DNA of 64,000 nt, from NCBI RefSeq assembly GCF_018350175.1, contig NC_058382.1, forward strand, positions 38,378,001 through 38,442,000, read 5' to 3'. Source of the DNA: Felis catus. Taxonomy: Eukaryota. Within the stretch, counting starts at the first letter, position 1. Each line of letters starts with the position of its first letter. Shown here in pieces: positions 25,188 to 37,799 of this stretch. The notes under the pieces are model-generated. The model worked only from the letters and a program-made list of their open reading frames with translations. It was not told where the DNA came from and ran no database searches. The position numbers and the translations under genes are program-made.

Positions 25188-25633
25188 TGTCCATCAACTG
25201 ATGAATGGATAAAGAAATTGTGGTTTATATACACAATGGGGTACTACATGGCAATGAGAAAGAATGAAATATGGCCCTTTGTAGCAATGTGGATGGGACT
25301 GGACAGTGTGATGCTAAGTGAAATAAGCCATACAGAGAAAGACAGATACCGTATGTTTTCACTCTTATGTGGATCCTGAGAAACCTAACAGAAACCCATG
25401 GGGGAGGGGAAGGAAAAAAAAAAAGAGGTTAGAGTGGGAGAGAGCCAAAGCATAAGAGACTCTTAAAAACTGAGAAAAAACTGAGGGTTGATGGGGGGTG
25501 GGAGAGAGGGGAGGGTGGGTGATGGGTATTGAAGAGGGCATTTTTTGGGATGAGCACTGGGTGTTGTATGGAAACAAATTTGACAATAAATTTCATAAAA
25601 AAATAATAAAGACTATTAAAACTCAAAAAAAAA
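25188..25633 (+). mobile_element. Young feline L1, 5'-truncated (ORF2 C-terminus plus 3' UTR)
   Basis: Encodes CPSTDEWIKKLWFIYTMGYY...MLSEISHTEKDRYRMFSLLCGS* (L1 ORF2p C-terminus), G-rich 3' UTR; TSD TAAAT(T/G)AACATTTAGG at 25172-25187 and 25634-25649. Confidence 0.96.
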
Positions 25634-26449
25634 TAAATGAACATTTAGGATCTAAGGGTTTCATTATCATTTTTCCTTCTTTTTTTCTTTATTCTATCGT
25701 GTATGAATGTCATTAATAAAACCTACTAAATAAATGAACACCTTTTCATAAGATGCTAACCAAAAAATATTAATCTGGCATTAAAAACAGCTAAAAGACA
25801 ATTAAATGATCTACAGTGATCTCTGATTCTCAACACTTAGGGAGAATTTGCTTTCCCAATTTCCCCACAGTATTTTCCTCACACTGAAACCTTTCCCTTC
25901 CTTTAACCCCAATATCTAAAATGTCATTAAACCAAACCACACAGAGTTCTTGTGTCTCTTCCTTCACTTTTGACTCAACATTTTATTATGAGGACTACTT
26001 GAGTTGCTATATGTATTTCAACCTCTCTGCCCCCATGCATGCATCAATATCTGAATTATATACAATCAAAAAGATCAAGGTAGTTGATATGTGATATATG
26101 ATGAAAAGATCATTCTTTAGACATGAGGGAGGAGATATTTCATAAATTTTTAACTTACCTTAAAAATTCTTCCACAAAAATTTGCATTCTGACTGAGGAT
26201 CCATGAAAAAGGACAACGTGAATACCTGCCTCATTTTTCCACAGGAAGAGAAATGATGGCTTTGGTATATATTAGTAAAACAATTTGTGACAATATTTGT
26301 TAGTCCTAAAGTCATTATTTCATCCTGGGCAGTTCTCTAATCTGTTCATCTCTAACCCCTAGAAGAAGTTGTGGGCTGAATGAAGCGGGTAAGAAACATA
26401 GTAATTTCCAAGCATCTCTCCAGAGGGAAGCAAATGAAGACAGCAGTGT

Positions 26450-26640
26450 TTTATCTCCTCAAAGAGACTGAGTTGAATCTCAGCAAGATGTGGCATGTTT
26501 AACAGGTACTTAGTCTCATTAAACATTATACCCTTCTTCTTAAAACTGTGGATAATAATACTAATCTCGTACTGTGAGTTAGGAAAATAAAAGGTCACAG
26601 AAACACAGCACCTGGCAGAGTGGATTCTCAATAACTCTTC
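26450..26640 (+). mobile_element. MIR SINE
   Basis: GGATAATAATACTAATCTC ... CAGCACCTGGCAGAGTGGATTCTCAATAA. Confidence 0.6.
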
Positions 26641-27850
26641 TCCTTTATCTGTATCTTTAATTCCTAATGAAGCTTGTGGTTTCTACTCTCAAAACTTCTT
26701 AAGAAAATGTCTTTGAGTGAGGAAACAAAGTAATATATATTTTACATAGCTAATGTGTCAGCCAGTAAATAGAATGCCTGACAATATGCCGACTAAAGCC
26801 TAATAAACTTGAGAAAATTTTTGTAGGTGAAGTTTTTGATGGCAGTGAGAATACCAAGAGAATTAACATAAATGGGATCCAGGAACAGAAGTAGCTAACA
26901 GAGGATACTAGGAGTGGATGGGGAGCTTTCTCAACAATGGAGGTCATATTAAGAAAGGAACTTCATTCACCAATAAGATCTTGGTGTGAAGATACAAATG
27001 TGCTCCTGCAGTATTTTTTGTTGCTGATATTTGTTTTGTTGTTTCTCCTGAGCGTCTAATGTGGTAAACAAACATACATTTAGGTGTAGTTCTTCAACCT
27101 ACTGATTGGGAGAGAGGTCTTAGATAAAATGTTCCTTATCAGTTATAGTTCAATAATTTGGAAGGTTGCTAAGTTACTATGCTGTGGCATTTATTACTGT
27201 GTATTTGGAAATAAAATGGCTTGATAGCTCTCATTTTTCATTCTGGTGAAGTAACCCCATAATTTGCCATAACTAAGGTCAGACATAAACAAAATGCCCT
27301 CATCATCATTCTTCCTCCTTCCGTCCAACCATCCTGCACCAATAGTCAGGCCTCTCTCTCAACCAGACACCTGAGTTAGAAATGTAAACTCCTAATCCTT
27401 CTTCCGCTTCATGGACCCACATCCAATCTGGCATTCCTTCATCTCACCTGATCTCCCATTGCCACTGCCTCAGTTTGTAAGTTTTTTCTTAGATGTTTTC
27501 AATGGCCTTTTTCTTGGGATGGCCATTTTCAGGTTCTGTTCCGCTGATACCTCTATCACTCTGAAGAGCTATCTTTCTGAAACCTTAATCACCCCAGAAT
27601 TCTTGTTTGATTCTTTTCTATGGTAGTGAATGACAATTCATAATGTAAGAGCTTTAGCTATGTCACATGACTGCCTTTCCAGAATCTTAGAGGGCCACCT
27701 ACTCCTTTTGCAGCCTATTCCCAGCCATGCAGAATTGTCTGTCTTTTTCTAGCCATGATTTCTCAGGATTCTCCATCTGTGCCCCTGCGGTATCCTTCAC
27801 CTGGAATTCCCCATGTGTAAGTCTGCTTGGAAAACATATCTATTTTTAAG

Positions 27851-27948
27851 CTAATTATTTTTTTTAGTAATCTCTACCTCCAATGTGGGGCTCAAACCCC
27901 CAAGATCAAGAGTTGCATGCTCTTCTGACTAAGCCAGCCAGGTGTCCC
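27851..27948 (-). mobile_element. Short head-only tRNA-Lys-like carnivore SINE (no CT tract)
   Basis: Sense GGGACACCTGGCTGGCTTAGTCAGAAGAGCATGCAACTCTTGATC...GTAGAGATTACTAAAAAA. Confidence 0.88.
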
Positions 27949-28096
27949 AACATATACATTTTTTAGTGTATTTTTGATACCTTACTCTTTTGTGAATCCT
28001 TCAACGTCATCACTTGCCGCCACCACTAATAACCTCCCACATCCCTACCCCCTGCCACCCCACTAAATAAGGAGACAATACCACCCTCCTTCAGGC

Positions 28097-28340
28097 CACA
28101 CAGCATAGTGATGAGATGCTCTGATGCTAGTTAGACAGGCATGCATCCTGACTGAGTGATGTCCTCTCCATATTACTTCAGGCAGGCAAGTCAATCTCTC
28201 CAACCACAGTTCATCCTCAGAACAAAGAATGATCAAAGTATGCCCACCACATATGCTGTTGTGAGCATCCAGTGACATAAGTTTTGTAAATATTTTATTC
28301 AAGGTGTGGCAAACATGATGTGCTTAGTAAATGACTGCTC
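28097..28340 (+). mobile_element. MIR SINE, near full length
   Basis: CAGCATAGTG start; GCTGTTGTGAGCAT; GTGCTTAGTAAATG end. Confidence 0.75.
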
Positions 28341-29223
28341 TTTTTTTTACGACTACCAAACAACACAGATCACTGTGATAAATACTGATGGGCACCGTAA
28401 GATAATGACTTGTTAACATGCTATTTATTTTATAAGACTTCAAGTTCCTTGAGGGAAGGAACCACATTTTCTTCATTCCTGTACCCCTGGTTTCAGCAGT
28501 GGTTGAGAATACAATGCTTTTTGAATGCATGATTTTTTTTTCTAAAATAAGACCCCCTTTTCTTTTTCTTATGATATTCTCATTTATTGATATTCACATC
28601 CCTTGTGGGAAGTATTTTAAGAAAACACAACTGTGTTGTACTTCAAAAAGACATTTCTTGGATGCTGCATATAAGTGAGAATACCTCAGGAAACAGTTTC
28701 TACACAGCAGGTTGTTAGATTAAATGGGGACGCCCTTGGATTGAAAGCCCAGGCAGAAGCCAGTTTATTGCCTGCTGATCTGTGTAAGGTATACTATCCT
28801 AACCATTACCCACAGGTGTCTCCAAATACAATAAAACCCAATTACCTTGACAAAATCTACTAGTAAAAGGAGAATGACTAGTAACTAACTTTTTTTTTTT
28901 TAATCAAATGCTTTGGAAAAGACCCCTTGCTATCCAGAAGTGAATCAATATTACCCAACAGGGTTTTATAGGAAACAACACTGAAATGAAGAGCACTGGA
29001 TAATCTAATTCACATTAGATATACTACTTTGTTTTTTTTTTCTTTATGGGAGTTACTAAAATTAAATTATTGCACATAAGAACCAAAGAAATGTTCATAT
29101 ACATTGATCCAGTAAGTTTAGTATGGAAACTATTAGTGTAATCAAACAGATCAGTTATATCTATAGCTTTCCAATAGTTCTCTCCTTCAAAGAACTTTCA
29201 GCCTTAGAAATAGCATGTTAACT

Positions 29224-29455
29224 GGGGTGCCTGGGTGGCGCAGTCGGTTAAGCGTCCGACTTCGGCCAGGTCACAATCTCGCGGTCCGTGAGTTCGAGCC
29301 CCGCGTCAGGCTCTGGGCTGATGGCTCGGAGCCTGGAGCCTGTTTCCGATTCTGTGTCTCCCTCTCTCTCTGCCCCTCCCCCGTTCATGCTCTGTCTCTC
29401 TCTCTGTCCCAAAAATAAATAAAAAAAACGTTGAAAAAAAAAATTAAAAAAAAAA
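29224..29455 (+). mobile_element. Young felid Can-SINE (SINEC_Fc-type)
   Basis: CpG-rich; perfect TSD AGAAATAGCATGTTAAC at 29206-29222 and 29456-29472. Confidence 0.97.
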
Positions 29456-29499
29456 AGAAATAGCATGTTAACAAGGCATTATGTTATAGTAATAGTAAC

Positions 29500-29705
29500 C
29501 ATTTATGTGTGCACACACATATTGTTGTGTGTGTATATATGTGTATATATAACTAATTATATGTATTTATGTTTTATGTTACTTTTCTTATATATACTAT
29601 ATAATTTATGTAACATTAATAATCATATGCACACATGTATATATAGTACTACTTATAGGTATATAATTTATATGCATTATTATGTGCATACACACACATA
29701 AACAC
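29500..29705. repeat. TA/CA-rich low-complexity tract
   Basis: Degenerate (TA)n/(TG)n/(CA)n. Confidence 0.8.
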
Positions 29706-30283
29706 ACTAGTAGTTGGGTCCATTGAGAGAATAAATATATTCTCCAAAGTTGTAAAATGTTTCAATAAATCAAGTAACCAGGTGTTTTTTCTCTTTCAGT
29801 GTTCTGGTTTTAGGGTCTGGCATTGTAATTATTTTTTGAATGCAACTTTTCAGATTAAAAACTATCCCTGTTTAACAAGCAAAGTTCCAATACAGTACAC
29901 ATTTCATTATCATTGTCAAACATCAAATTACATTAAATCCTAGCTAATCTTCCATGACCTTGCCTACCACATTGTTAGTGATCACAAAGTACACAGATAT
30001 AGAAGATTCCTTTGAGAATATAGATAACACATATTAATAAATAGTAGGAGCAAGCCAGTGCCTTTTCAGATTGGCCAACTAAAGGCTTACAGGTGACTGC
30101 GCTCTAGCAGAGGCACAGGAGGTGAATCCCCAGTGGTAACAAGTGCACATTTTCCAAAGAGCATTGTGTTTTACAATCAGTCTTATAGTAACTGGAACAT
30201 TAATATTATTTAAGGGGTGACCTGACAGGTGGACATGTGCCAATCAAAGGTTTTGAAATGCTTTAAAATTCTTCAATCTTTTA

Positions 30284-30513
30284 TTTATTTATTTATATAT
30301 ATTTTTAATTGTCTGTTTATTTTTGAAAGAGACAGAGAGAGAGCACGAACAGGGGAGGGGCAGAGACAGAGAGAAGGAGATAGAGGATCTGAAGCAGGCT
30401 CTGTGCTGAGACCTGAGAGCCTAGAGCCCAACTGTGGGCTCAAACTCACGAACCATGAAATCATGACCTGAGCTGAAATCCGATGTTTAACCAACTGTGC
30501 CACCGAGCACCTC
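30284..30513 (-). mobile_element. Can-SINE
   Basis: TSD TAAAATTCTTCAATCTTTTA at 30264-30283 and 30514-30533. Confidence 0.96.
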
Positions 30514-30724
30514 TAAAATTCTTCAATCTTTTAAAAGGGAAACTTCAGTAATCACTAAATCATGGAGGTTTCTAATTTTATTTACCAATGTCCTGCAGGT
30601 AAGAACAATTATGTCCATTTTTACAGACTATGAAAATAAAAGCTCATAAATGACTGAACCAAAAATAACACTTCTTTGTCTTAACTCCAAAACTAATACG
30701 TGGGTATAAGGGTACTACAGGAAA

Positions 30725-30900
30725 CTCACATTTATTGAGCACTTATTACTTAGGAGGTATCATCGCACTTTTCTTATCTTTTTTTTTTTTTTTAATGTTG
30801 GTAGGTATTATCACACCATCTTACAGCTGAAATCCCTGAGTGCTGATATGGGGAAGGTAAAAAGCCTAGGGTCACATGGTAATAGAATGGCATAGCCTCT
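30725..30900 (-). mobile_element. MIR SINE
   Basis: CACATTTATTGAGCACTTA ... GGTAGGTATTATCAC...CTTACAG...GGTCACATGG. Confidence 0.7.
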
Positions 30901-31237
30901 ATCGGTAGTGGTAGTCTTCTTTATTTATTCAAACACTTTAAGTGACATATCTGAACTTCAAAGTCTAAAATAAGAACTTGACTCCAATTTTTGGTGTGAA
31001 TTAACAACTCTGATCATCCTAATGATTTTAGTCTACATAACATTCCCTCAAAATTTCAACTTCCTTTTTCCAGCCTTTGTAAGATGACTGATGTCAAATG
31101 TACCCAAATGTCAGACTTCTATTGATTGATCAGCAATGATAAAAGCTATTATTCATAGAAATTTTCTTATGTGTCAGCCACTATACATAGGATATATATT
31201 CCTTTATTTAATCCCTGGAGGAACTCAGTGAGGCAGT

Positions 31238-31555
31238 ATGGTAGACAGAATCTAAAGATACTTTCTTCTTCACTCTAAAAAACAGTCTTAGACATTAATC
31301 TTGATACTGTCATGGAGGGGCTTTGTAAATAGAATTAAAGTTACTAATTGCATATGAAATTAAGGTCACTAGTCAGTTGACTTCAAGAAAGGGAGATTAT
31401 CTTGGATTATCTGGGTGGGCCTAATGTAATCACATAAATCCTTAGAACTAGAAGAGGAATGCAGAAAAGATGAGACCAAGGGGAGATAAGAGAGATTCAA
31501 GGCATCAGAAAGGATTGACCACCTGTCACTAGCTTTGAAAATGAAGGAGGCCAGA
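31238..31555 (+). mobile_element. MLT1D/E MaLR LTR (5' part)
   Basis: GGTAGACAGAAT start; GGGAGATTATCTTGGATTATCTGGGTGGGCCTAATGTAATCACA. Confidence 0.85.
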
Positions 31556-32714
31556 AACTCCCTTTGCTAAATTTTTGAAGACTTCTGATATAAATCATAT
31601 GATTAAAAATGTGTTAGCAGTTTCCAAATATAACATAGTGCAAGGTTTCCAAATATGAAGGCTTTCAGTGATTATTATAAATTAAGAGCCTTTGCAACAA
31701 TAGCAATGTAAGATTCTATTTTGAACAGGAATTCCATTTGCACAAAAATATTTTGACATAAAAACAATAAAAAGGAAACTCTTACAGGGTCACATGTGCT
31801 CCCTAAACCACAGATTCAAATAGTTAATATTTCCTTTCCTTCCTGTTAACAGTGCTGTTAATAAAATTTTTCTCCACAGGTTGGTAAACACGAAGTTTCA
31901 TTTTGAGAGATACAGAGGGAGAGATATTGGTGCAAATTGGAAATGGAATGAAAAGGATATTTATACTGGTTTTAAATATTTCAGCATTCCTCATATGTCA
32001 TTTTTAACCAACTGATGAAAGGTATAGATGTCAGAATTTTTCATTTCACAAAAAACTGTGCTGTGTTTGCAATACTAGAAATCCTAAATATTGTGCTTCA
32101 TTCCATTTCCAATTTATGTTCGTGTCTTCCCCATGGCATCTCATAAGGTACCAATTGATATGCAGCATTTTTTATTAATAATAATTTCAATGCTAACTAG
32201 GATGTAGCAAGGATTCACCATCTGATGAAAACATACCATATAGTCTGTGTTTCCTTCATGTCAAACTGATGAATAAGACAAAAGGACCTATTTGTAATTT
32301 TGGGTGAAAGATGACAGATAATAAATAAAAAAAAGAAAACATATTTGATAGGTAAACAAACATTGATTCAAAGGGAAATTAAATCTTTGTTTTAGGCTAA
32401 AAGAGCCCAGATTCCCTCTTTACCATTTGCCAATGCCTCCCCCCCACCCCCCGCCATGTCATTTAACCTAACAGAACCACTAAAAGTTCCCTAAAATAAC
32501 ATATGCATAGGTAGTCTTTTTAATATATTTTTATAATTTGTATATTTAATGCATTTTAATATATTCTATGTTTTTAAAAATAATTCTGGCTCAGGCTATT
32601 ATGTCAGCTATGAATAACGCTTATCGATTAAATTGTTTATTCCCAATTATTCATTTCCTTCCTATATAAGACTTATATATTTTCTCTCTCTGTTCCCTTT
32701 TTAAAAACTTCCAG

Positions 32715-33176
32715 CAGAGATGCATGAATTACTTTACCATGCTATTGAGAGTAGATTGTCCCTATGACTTACTGTGGATAGTGGAATGTAGGGGGAAGTG
32801 ACACTCTGCCATTTCTGGGCTCTCATTTCAGCCCATGAGGTACCGTGTCGCTGCTCCGTCTTTTACCCTTTTGTTCATGTTAAGAGAAGTGCTCCCCTTC
32901 AAGGGTCCTTCAGCATGAGTCCCAGGGTGAGGACCTGGGTGAAGTGTAAACACGAGGGCCAGCCCTAGAGCTTGAAGCCAAGCCACCCATCCAGGAGCAG
33001 TCAGGATTAGAGCACCCACAGCAAACCTGAAGAGGTATAGATGAGTCCAGCTGAGATCATCAGAGTTGACCCAGTCCAACCAAGTACTCATGAAGTAACA
33101 GACGCTTGCTGTGTGCCACTTAGACCTTGTGGTTCCATATTATGCAGCAGTGTTGCAGAAATAGCCAACAGATACC
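32715..33176 (+). mobile_element. MLT1 (G/H-like) MaLR LTR
   Basis: GGAATGTAGGGGGAAGTGAC; CCAGCTGAGATCA; end TTATGCAGCAGTGTTGCAGAAATAGCCAACAGATAC. Confidence 0.75.
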
Positions 33177-34444
33177 CACCCCGTTTTTATACTTGAATAA
33201 ATTATCTTTTAATTTGCAAAGGTGCACACTTGATTTCCTCTGCTTTGGGAGGCACTCCTTCTCCATGTCAAGCATCATTTTTCTGAGTGTGTCATGTCTA
33301 CTATAATATCCATTACATTTTAGTGAAATATCTTCTCTGTGAATTTGTTTCTCTCAGATGATAAGTTACTGAAAGGCAAGGATTTTATCTTACAAAGTTG
33401 GGGGTCACTACCTGTCAGAGTGCCTCACATGTAGCTAGTGTTAAATACACTTTTCTGAATGATGGAATGCCTTGCTAGATGAATGTATTTTCTGTTCATT
33501 TGGTATGATTTTTCCATCTGGGTATTCAATGTGCTATATGCTTCTCTGGCAAGATTCCCCCTTAGAAGGAAGGTGAGAACATCTAACCTACTCAAAAATA
33601 GGTAGTAATGTCAGTGTCTTATCAACAACGGAAGCGTGATTTAGAGTATCCCCTTAGTTAATTCCAGAAGAAATCTCTTCTCCTCCCCCCACCCCCAAAT
33701 ACAATGAAGTGAACTGAAAAGCATTTGTTTTTAATGACTTGCAATGTACTGGTGTTTCAAAAAGTACATATTCAGAGAAATCACTTAATACTTGTAACAT
33801 TATGATTTTGAATCTCAGTGTAGGGTTGGAAAACTGATGACCGTGCTGCTGTGTGCTGTATATGCTAGCAATATAACAAAACCAATTAAAGAGGTTGAAT
33901 CATCTAAATTTTGACTAACAGCATTGTAAAGGAAAACTAGGAGAGTTGTGGCTTTCACTGAATGTAGCATCAGACCAAAGATTTCAGGCTGAATTTCAGT
34001 CAGGGCACATCTGATTCAAAGTAGAGATTGTAAATAGTTGAAGGAGTCTTTTGGAAAACCAAAAAGTTAATTGATTTCTAGGGTTTTGTTTTTCAATAAT
34101 TTTTAGTCTTTACTAAATTATGATCAGATGGTAATATTTGTAATATTTATGGAATTATTGATTGCTTTGTATTATAAAATATGTTAAATTTTCATGAATG
34201 GCCCGTGTATGCTTGAGAAATCATATTCTTTATTGTTAGGGTATAAAGACGTATATCCATACTGATTGTGCTAATACAGTTCATCTCTGTTTTTCCTTCA
34301 TTTTTTTGGTTTGTTTGATAGGTCTTCTACTGAGAAAAGCTTATTTAAGACTCATTATTAGTGTTTTATACCTATGAATCCTTACATAACTCTTATAACT
34401 TGGGGTATATAAAGGTGGTTTCTCTGTTATGTGGCACATATAAA

Positions 34445-34973
34445 TTTTTTTAAATATAATTTATTGCAAAGTTAACTAACATATAGTGTATATACAGTGT
34501 GCTCTTGGCTCGGGGAGTAGATTCCTGTGATTCATTGCTTATATACAATACCCAGTGCTCATCCCAACAAACCCCCTCCTGAATGCCCATCGCCATTTCC
34601 CCTCCCCCTGCCTCCCCCATCAACCATGAGTTTGTTCTCTGTATTTAAGAGTATCTTATGGTTTGCCTCCCTCTCTGTTTGAAACAATTTTTCCACTTCC
34701 CTTCCCCCATGGTCTTCTGTTAAGTTTCTCAAATTCCACATGAGTGAAAACATATGACACCTGTCTCTGACTGACTTATTTCACCTAGAATAATANNNNN
34801 NNNNNNNNNNNNNNNNNNNNNNNNNNNNNNNNNNNNNNNNNNNNNNNNNNNNNNNNNNNNNNNNNNNNNNNNNNNNNNNNNNNNNNNNNNNNNNNNNNNN
34901 NNNNNNNNNNNNNNNNNNNNNNNNNNNNNNNNNNNGTTATTATTGATAGTAATGCTATAATCATTGAGGTACA
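34445..34973 (-). mobile_element. Feline L1 3' end spanning a gap
   Basis: CCCAGTGCTCATCCCAACAA, AAATTCCACATGAGTGAAA, GACTTATTTCAC; resumes after the gap with TATTGATAGTAATGCTATAATCATTGAGGT. Confidence 0.92.
34796..34935. other. Assembly gap (140 N) inside L1
   Basis: N run. Confidence 0.99.
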
Positions 34974-35560
34974 GACACATACATATTTGTAATTAATCAT
35001 TGTCAATTGTGATATTTAGCATCAAAATATGTTCTTTGTCATGTATATTATGTTTAGGTTTGTATTCTTCCTTAACTAGTATCAGTGTTTCTGCAGCTGC
35101 ATTCTTACTGTCTTGCTGTTTTGTTTGATCGTTCTGTCTGGTATTTCTTAATCCTTTCTTCTTAGGGTTTTTCTATCCTAGTATTCAGTTTGTTTTAAGT
35201 ACGCCTTTTGTAAAAAGCATATATTTGGGTCTCTGTGAGTCTGATTGAGATTTGTTTTTGAATAGGTGAGGTAAGCCCATCCACATTTATTGATAAGACT
35301 GATAGTTTGGTCTCACCTCTGCCATGTTATTTTATCTTAAAATTAGTACTATATCTTATATCTCTTTCTCTACATGATATTTTTCTTGGCTCTTTATGTT
35401 TTAATTTATTACAATATTTAGGAAGCTTTATAGTTTTGTTTTAGTGGATACCTATTTACTTATACTTTTTAAAATGTTCTTTATCTCAAGTTTTTACACT
35501 TAGGTAATTTTTTATTTGGTTTTTCATTTGTTAATGATATCCTTTAATTCACACTCATTT

Positions 35561-35577
35561 TTTTTAAGTTTATTTAT

Positions 35578-35621
<44 letters not shown>

Positions 35622-35772
35622 GACATGGGTGGGAGAGGGGCAGAGAGAGCCAGAGGGAGAGAGAGAATCCCAAGCAGGCTTCAGTGAGGCTCGATCCCAT
35701 TAACCATGAGATCATGACCTGAGCAGAAACCAAGAGTTAGATGCTTAACTGACTGAGCGACCTAGGTGCCCC
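35561..35772 (-). mobile_element. Can-SINE with (GA)~19 tract and internal deletion
   Basis: TSD CACACTCATTT at 35550-35560 and 35773-35783. Confidence 0.95.
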
Positions 35773-36644
35773 CACACTCATTTCTTATAAAAGAATCACT
35801 TTATTTCACTTTCTACTTCTCTTCTCTTTCCATGTTTTAAGCGGCATTATTTCTACTTGTCAGAACCCACAAGATAATTTATATATCATATAGCATATTA
35901 TTCTTCCACCCTCAGCTGACGTTAGTCTTACAATATCTAACTAATTATATCTAATACAATTCCAATTAATATATTAATACATTAAATGCTTATTATTAAT
36001 CCTTTGTTTTAATTTCCCTAGACATATTTTCATTGGAAAAAGTTCATGTTCTAGCAGATTTCTGAAAAAAGTCTCATAGTTTTAGAATTCTTGTAACTCT
36101 TATTTTTAATAGCCTTGATATTTGAAAGACAGCTTTGTTGATAATAATGGAATAAAAAGGAATACAGAGCAAATTGTGTTTCATGATTTTTACCATTCAA
36201 TTTATTGAAAATACTTCTCCATTTTGCCCCCCCCCCCACACACCCTTTTTGTTTTTGTATGTTATTTTGGACAAGTCTAAAGTCAGCCTCATTCTTTTTC
36301 ATTTGTGAGATACTGTATCCTTTTGCTGGAAGTCCTAAGTATTTTTTTTAAATTTTACACACTATAACTTTTACTAGTATATATCAAAGAGTTGATAATC
36401 ACAGGATATTTTTTCCAGGTATGCAATGGGCCCTTTGCATATGTTGATACAGGTTTTATTTATTTATGTTTTTGGAATTATTTTTGTACTGCAGTTTTCA
36501 GATGAATTTTGTTGCATTATCTTAGCTTCCTTGGATACTCCAATTATACAGATGTTATTTTTTTCTTTGATTTTATTCAATTTCAAACACTTTTTTTTCC
36601 ACACAATTTTACTTATTTAACTTGTTCATGGCATTGATTTTTGC

Positions 36645-36837
36645 TTTTTGTAAAAGTTCATTTATTTATTTTGGGGTGGGGAAGGGCAGAAATAGAGGCG
36701 GGGAGAGAGAATCCCAAGTAGACTCCATGCTGTGAATGCGGAGCCCAACACAGGGCTCAAACTCATGAACCTTGAGATCATGACCTGAGCCAAAATCAAG
36801 AGTCAGAGGCTTAACTGACTGAGCCACCCAGGCACAC
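36645..36837 (-). mobile_element. Can-SINE
   Basis: TSD TGATTTTTGC at 36635-36644 and 36838-36847. Confidence 0.95.
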
Positions 36838-37799
36838 TGATTTTTGCCTTTCTAATGCTTTCACTCAAATAGCTTCCTCTTTGAGAGCTTTGTAATTTAG
36901 TTGTAATTTCTAATATGTCTTTGTCTTTTTTTCCTATTTCTTTCCAAATATCATTCATTTGTTTTCATTTCATTCTTTCATTTTTTTAATCTATTTCTAT
37001 TTGCATTCTTAAAATTTCTGATTCAGATTGTTTTTCACATCCCTAAATGCTGTGTGAGTATAATTAATTCAGTTTTGAACATTGTGCTACATAGGTTTTT
37101 TTGTTTTTTGAGATACACACACACACATGCACACACACAGATGATCAAGTCTGCCAGCTTGTAAAGGCTAGAAGATTGGTAGTTCAAGAGTGCCCTCTCC
37201 TGTCAGAGTACAAAAGTGTATGTCTTTCCTTTTATTTATTTATTTTTGGAAAGCAGAGGAGGGGTTGCATGATCTTTGATATCTTTTACTTTATCTTGCA
37301 GAATCCTGAATTCTCTCCTCTTGCTTTTTCTTCCTTTTCCATGTCCTTTTAAAGAGTGTCTCTTCCTTTCGCTCTCTCCCACCCTTCACACAAAGATTTT
37401 TGCCTTTTTCCTGCTTTGATCTACCTGAATGTTTTTTAAGCATTTTCAACAGAAAGTAGGCTTTCTCTTTCTGATGTAGTTTTAGAAAAATAAAAAGACC
37501 CAGACATAGCTCCTCTAATTTCTCTACACTAGAGTATTCTCCAAACTCTATTTGCATTTCCAAATTTTTGTGTGAGGATGCACAGAGAAAGCTGGCCAGA
37601 ATTTGGTGTTTATTTTTCTAGTTACAGGCAATGTAATTTTAGTTGTTCTCAATCTTCATGTGATGCTGACAGATTGAGTTTTTGTCATTGTATTTTTTCT
37701 TGTCCTTTATTGTTTATTTGTTGGAGAAATGGGGGGGGTAATCAAATTCACATAGCTGACATTGTCTTGACTACCCAAAATTATCTGCCTAATTTTTAG

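Larger units (their letters stand above)
27270..28535 (+). mobile_element. L2 element interrupted by a short SINE and a MIR
   Basis: Pyrimidine-rich L2 body (CCTTCACCTGGAAT) and 3' end AAGTTCCTTGAGGGAAGGAACCAC...TTGAATGCATGA. Confidence 0.6.
34110..37100 (-). mobile_element. Old L1 (ORF1 to ORF2 endonuclease region), heavily decayed and interrupted
   Basis: About 35195-35300 reads on the minus strand like the ORF2 N-terminus (ATAAATGTGGATGGGCTTACCTCACCTATT...ATATGCTTTTTACAAAAGGCGTACTT, similar to NVNGLNSPIK...ICCLQETHL); T-rich body. Confidence 0.65.

Noticed and set aside
25161-25379. 72-aa ORF with real protein similarity
   Set aside because: C-terminus of L1 ORF2p in a 5'-truncated insertion, joined by chance to a flanking ATG
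27851-27948. tRNA-like sequence (and all SINE heads)
   Set aside because: tRNA-Lys-derived SINE with A tail and degenerate TSD; no intact cloverleaf
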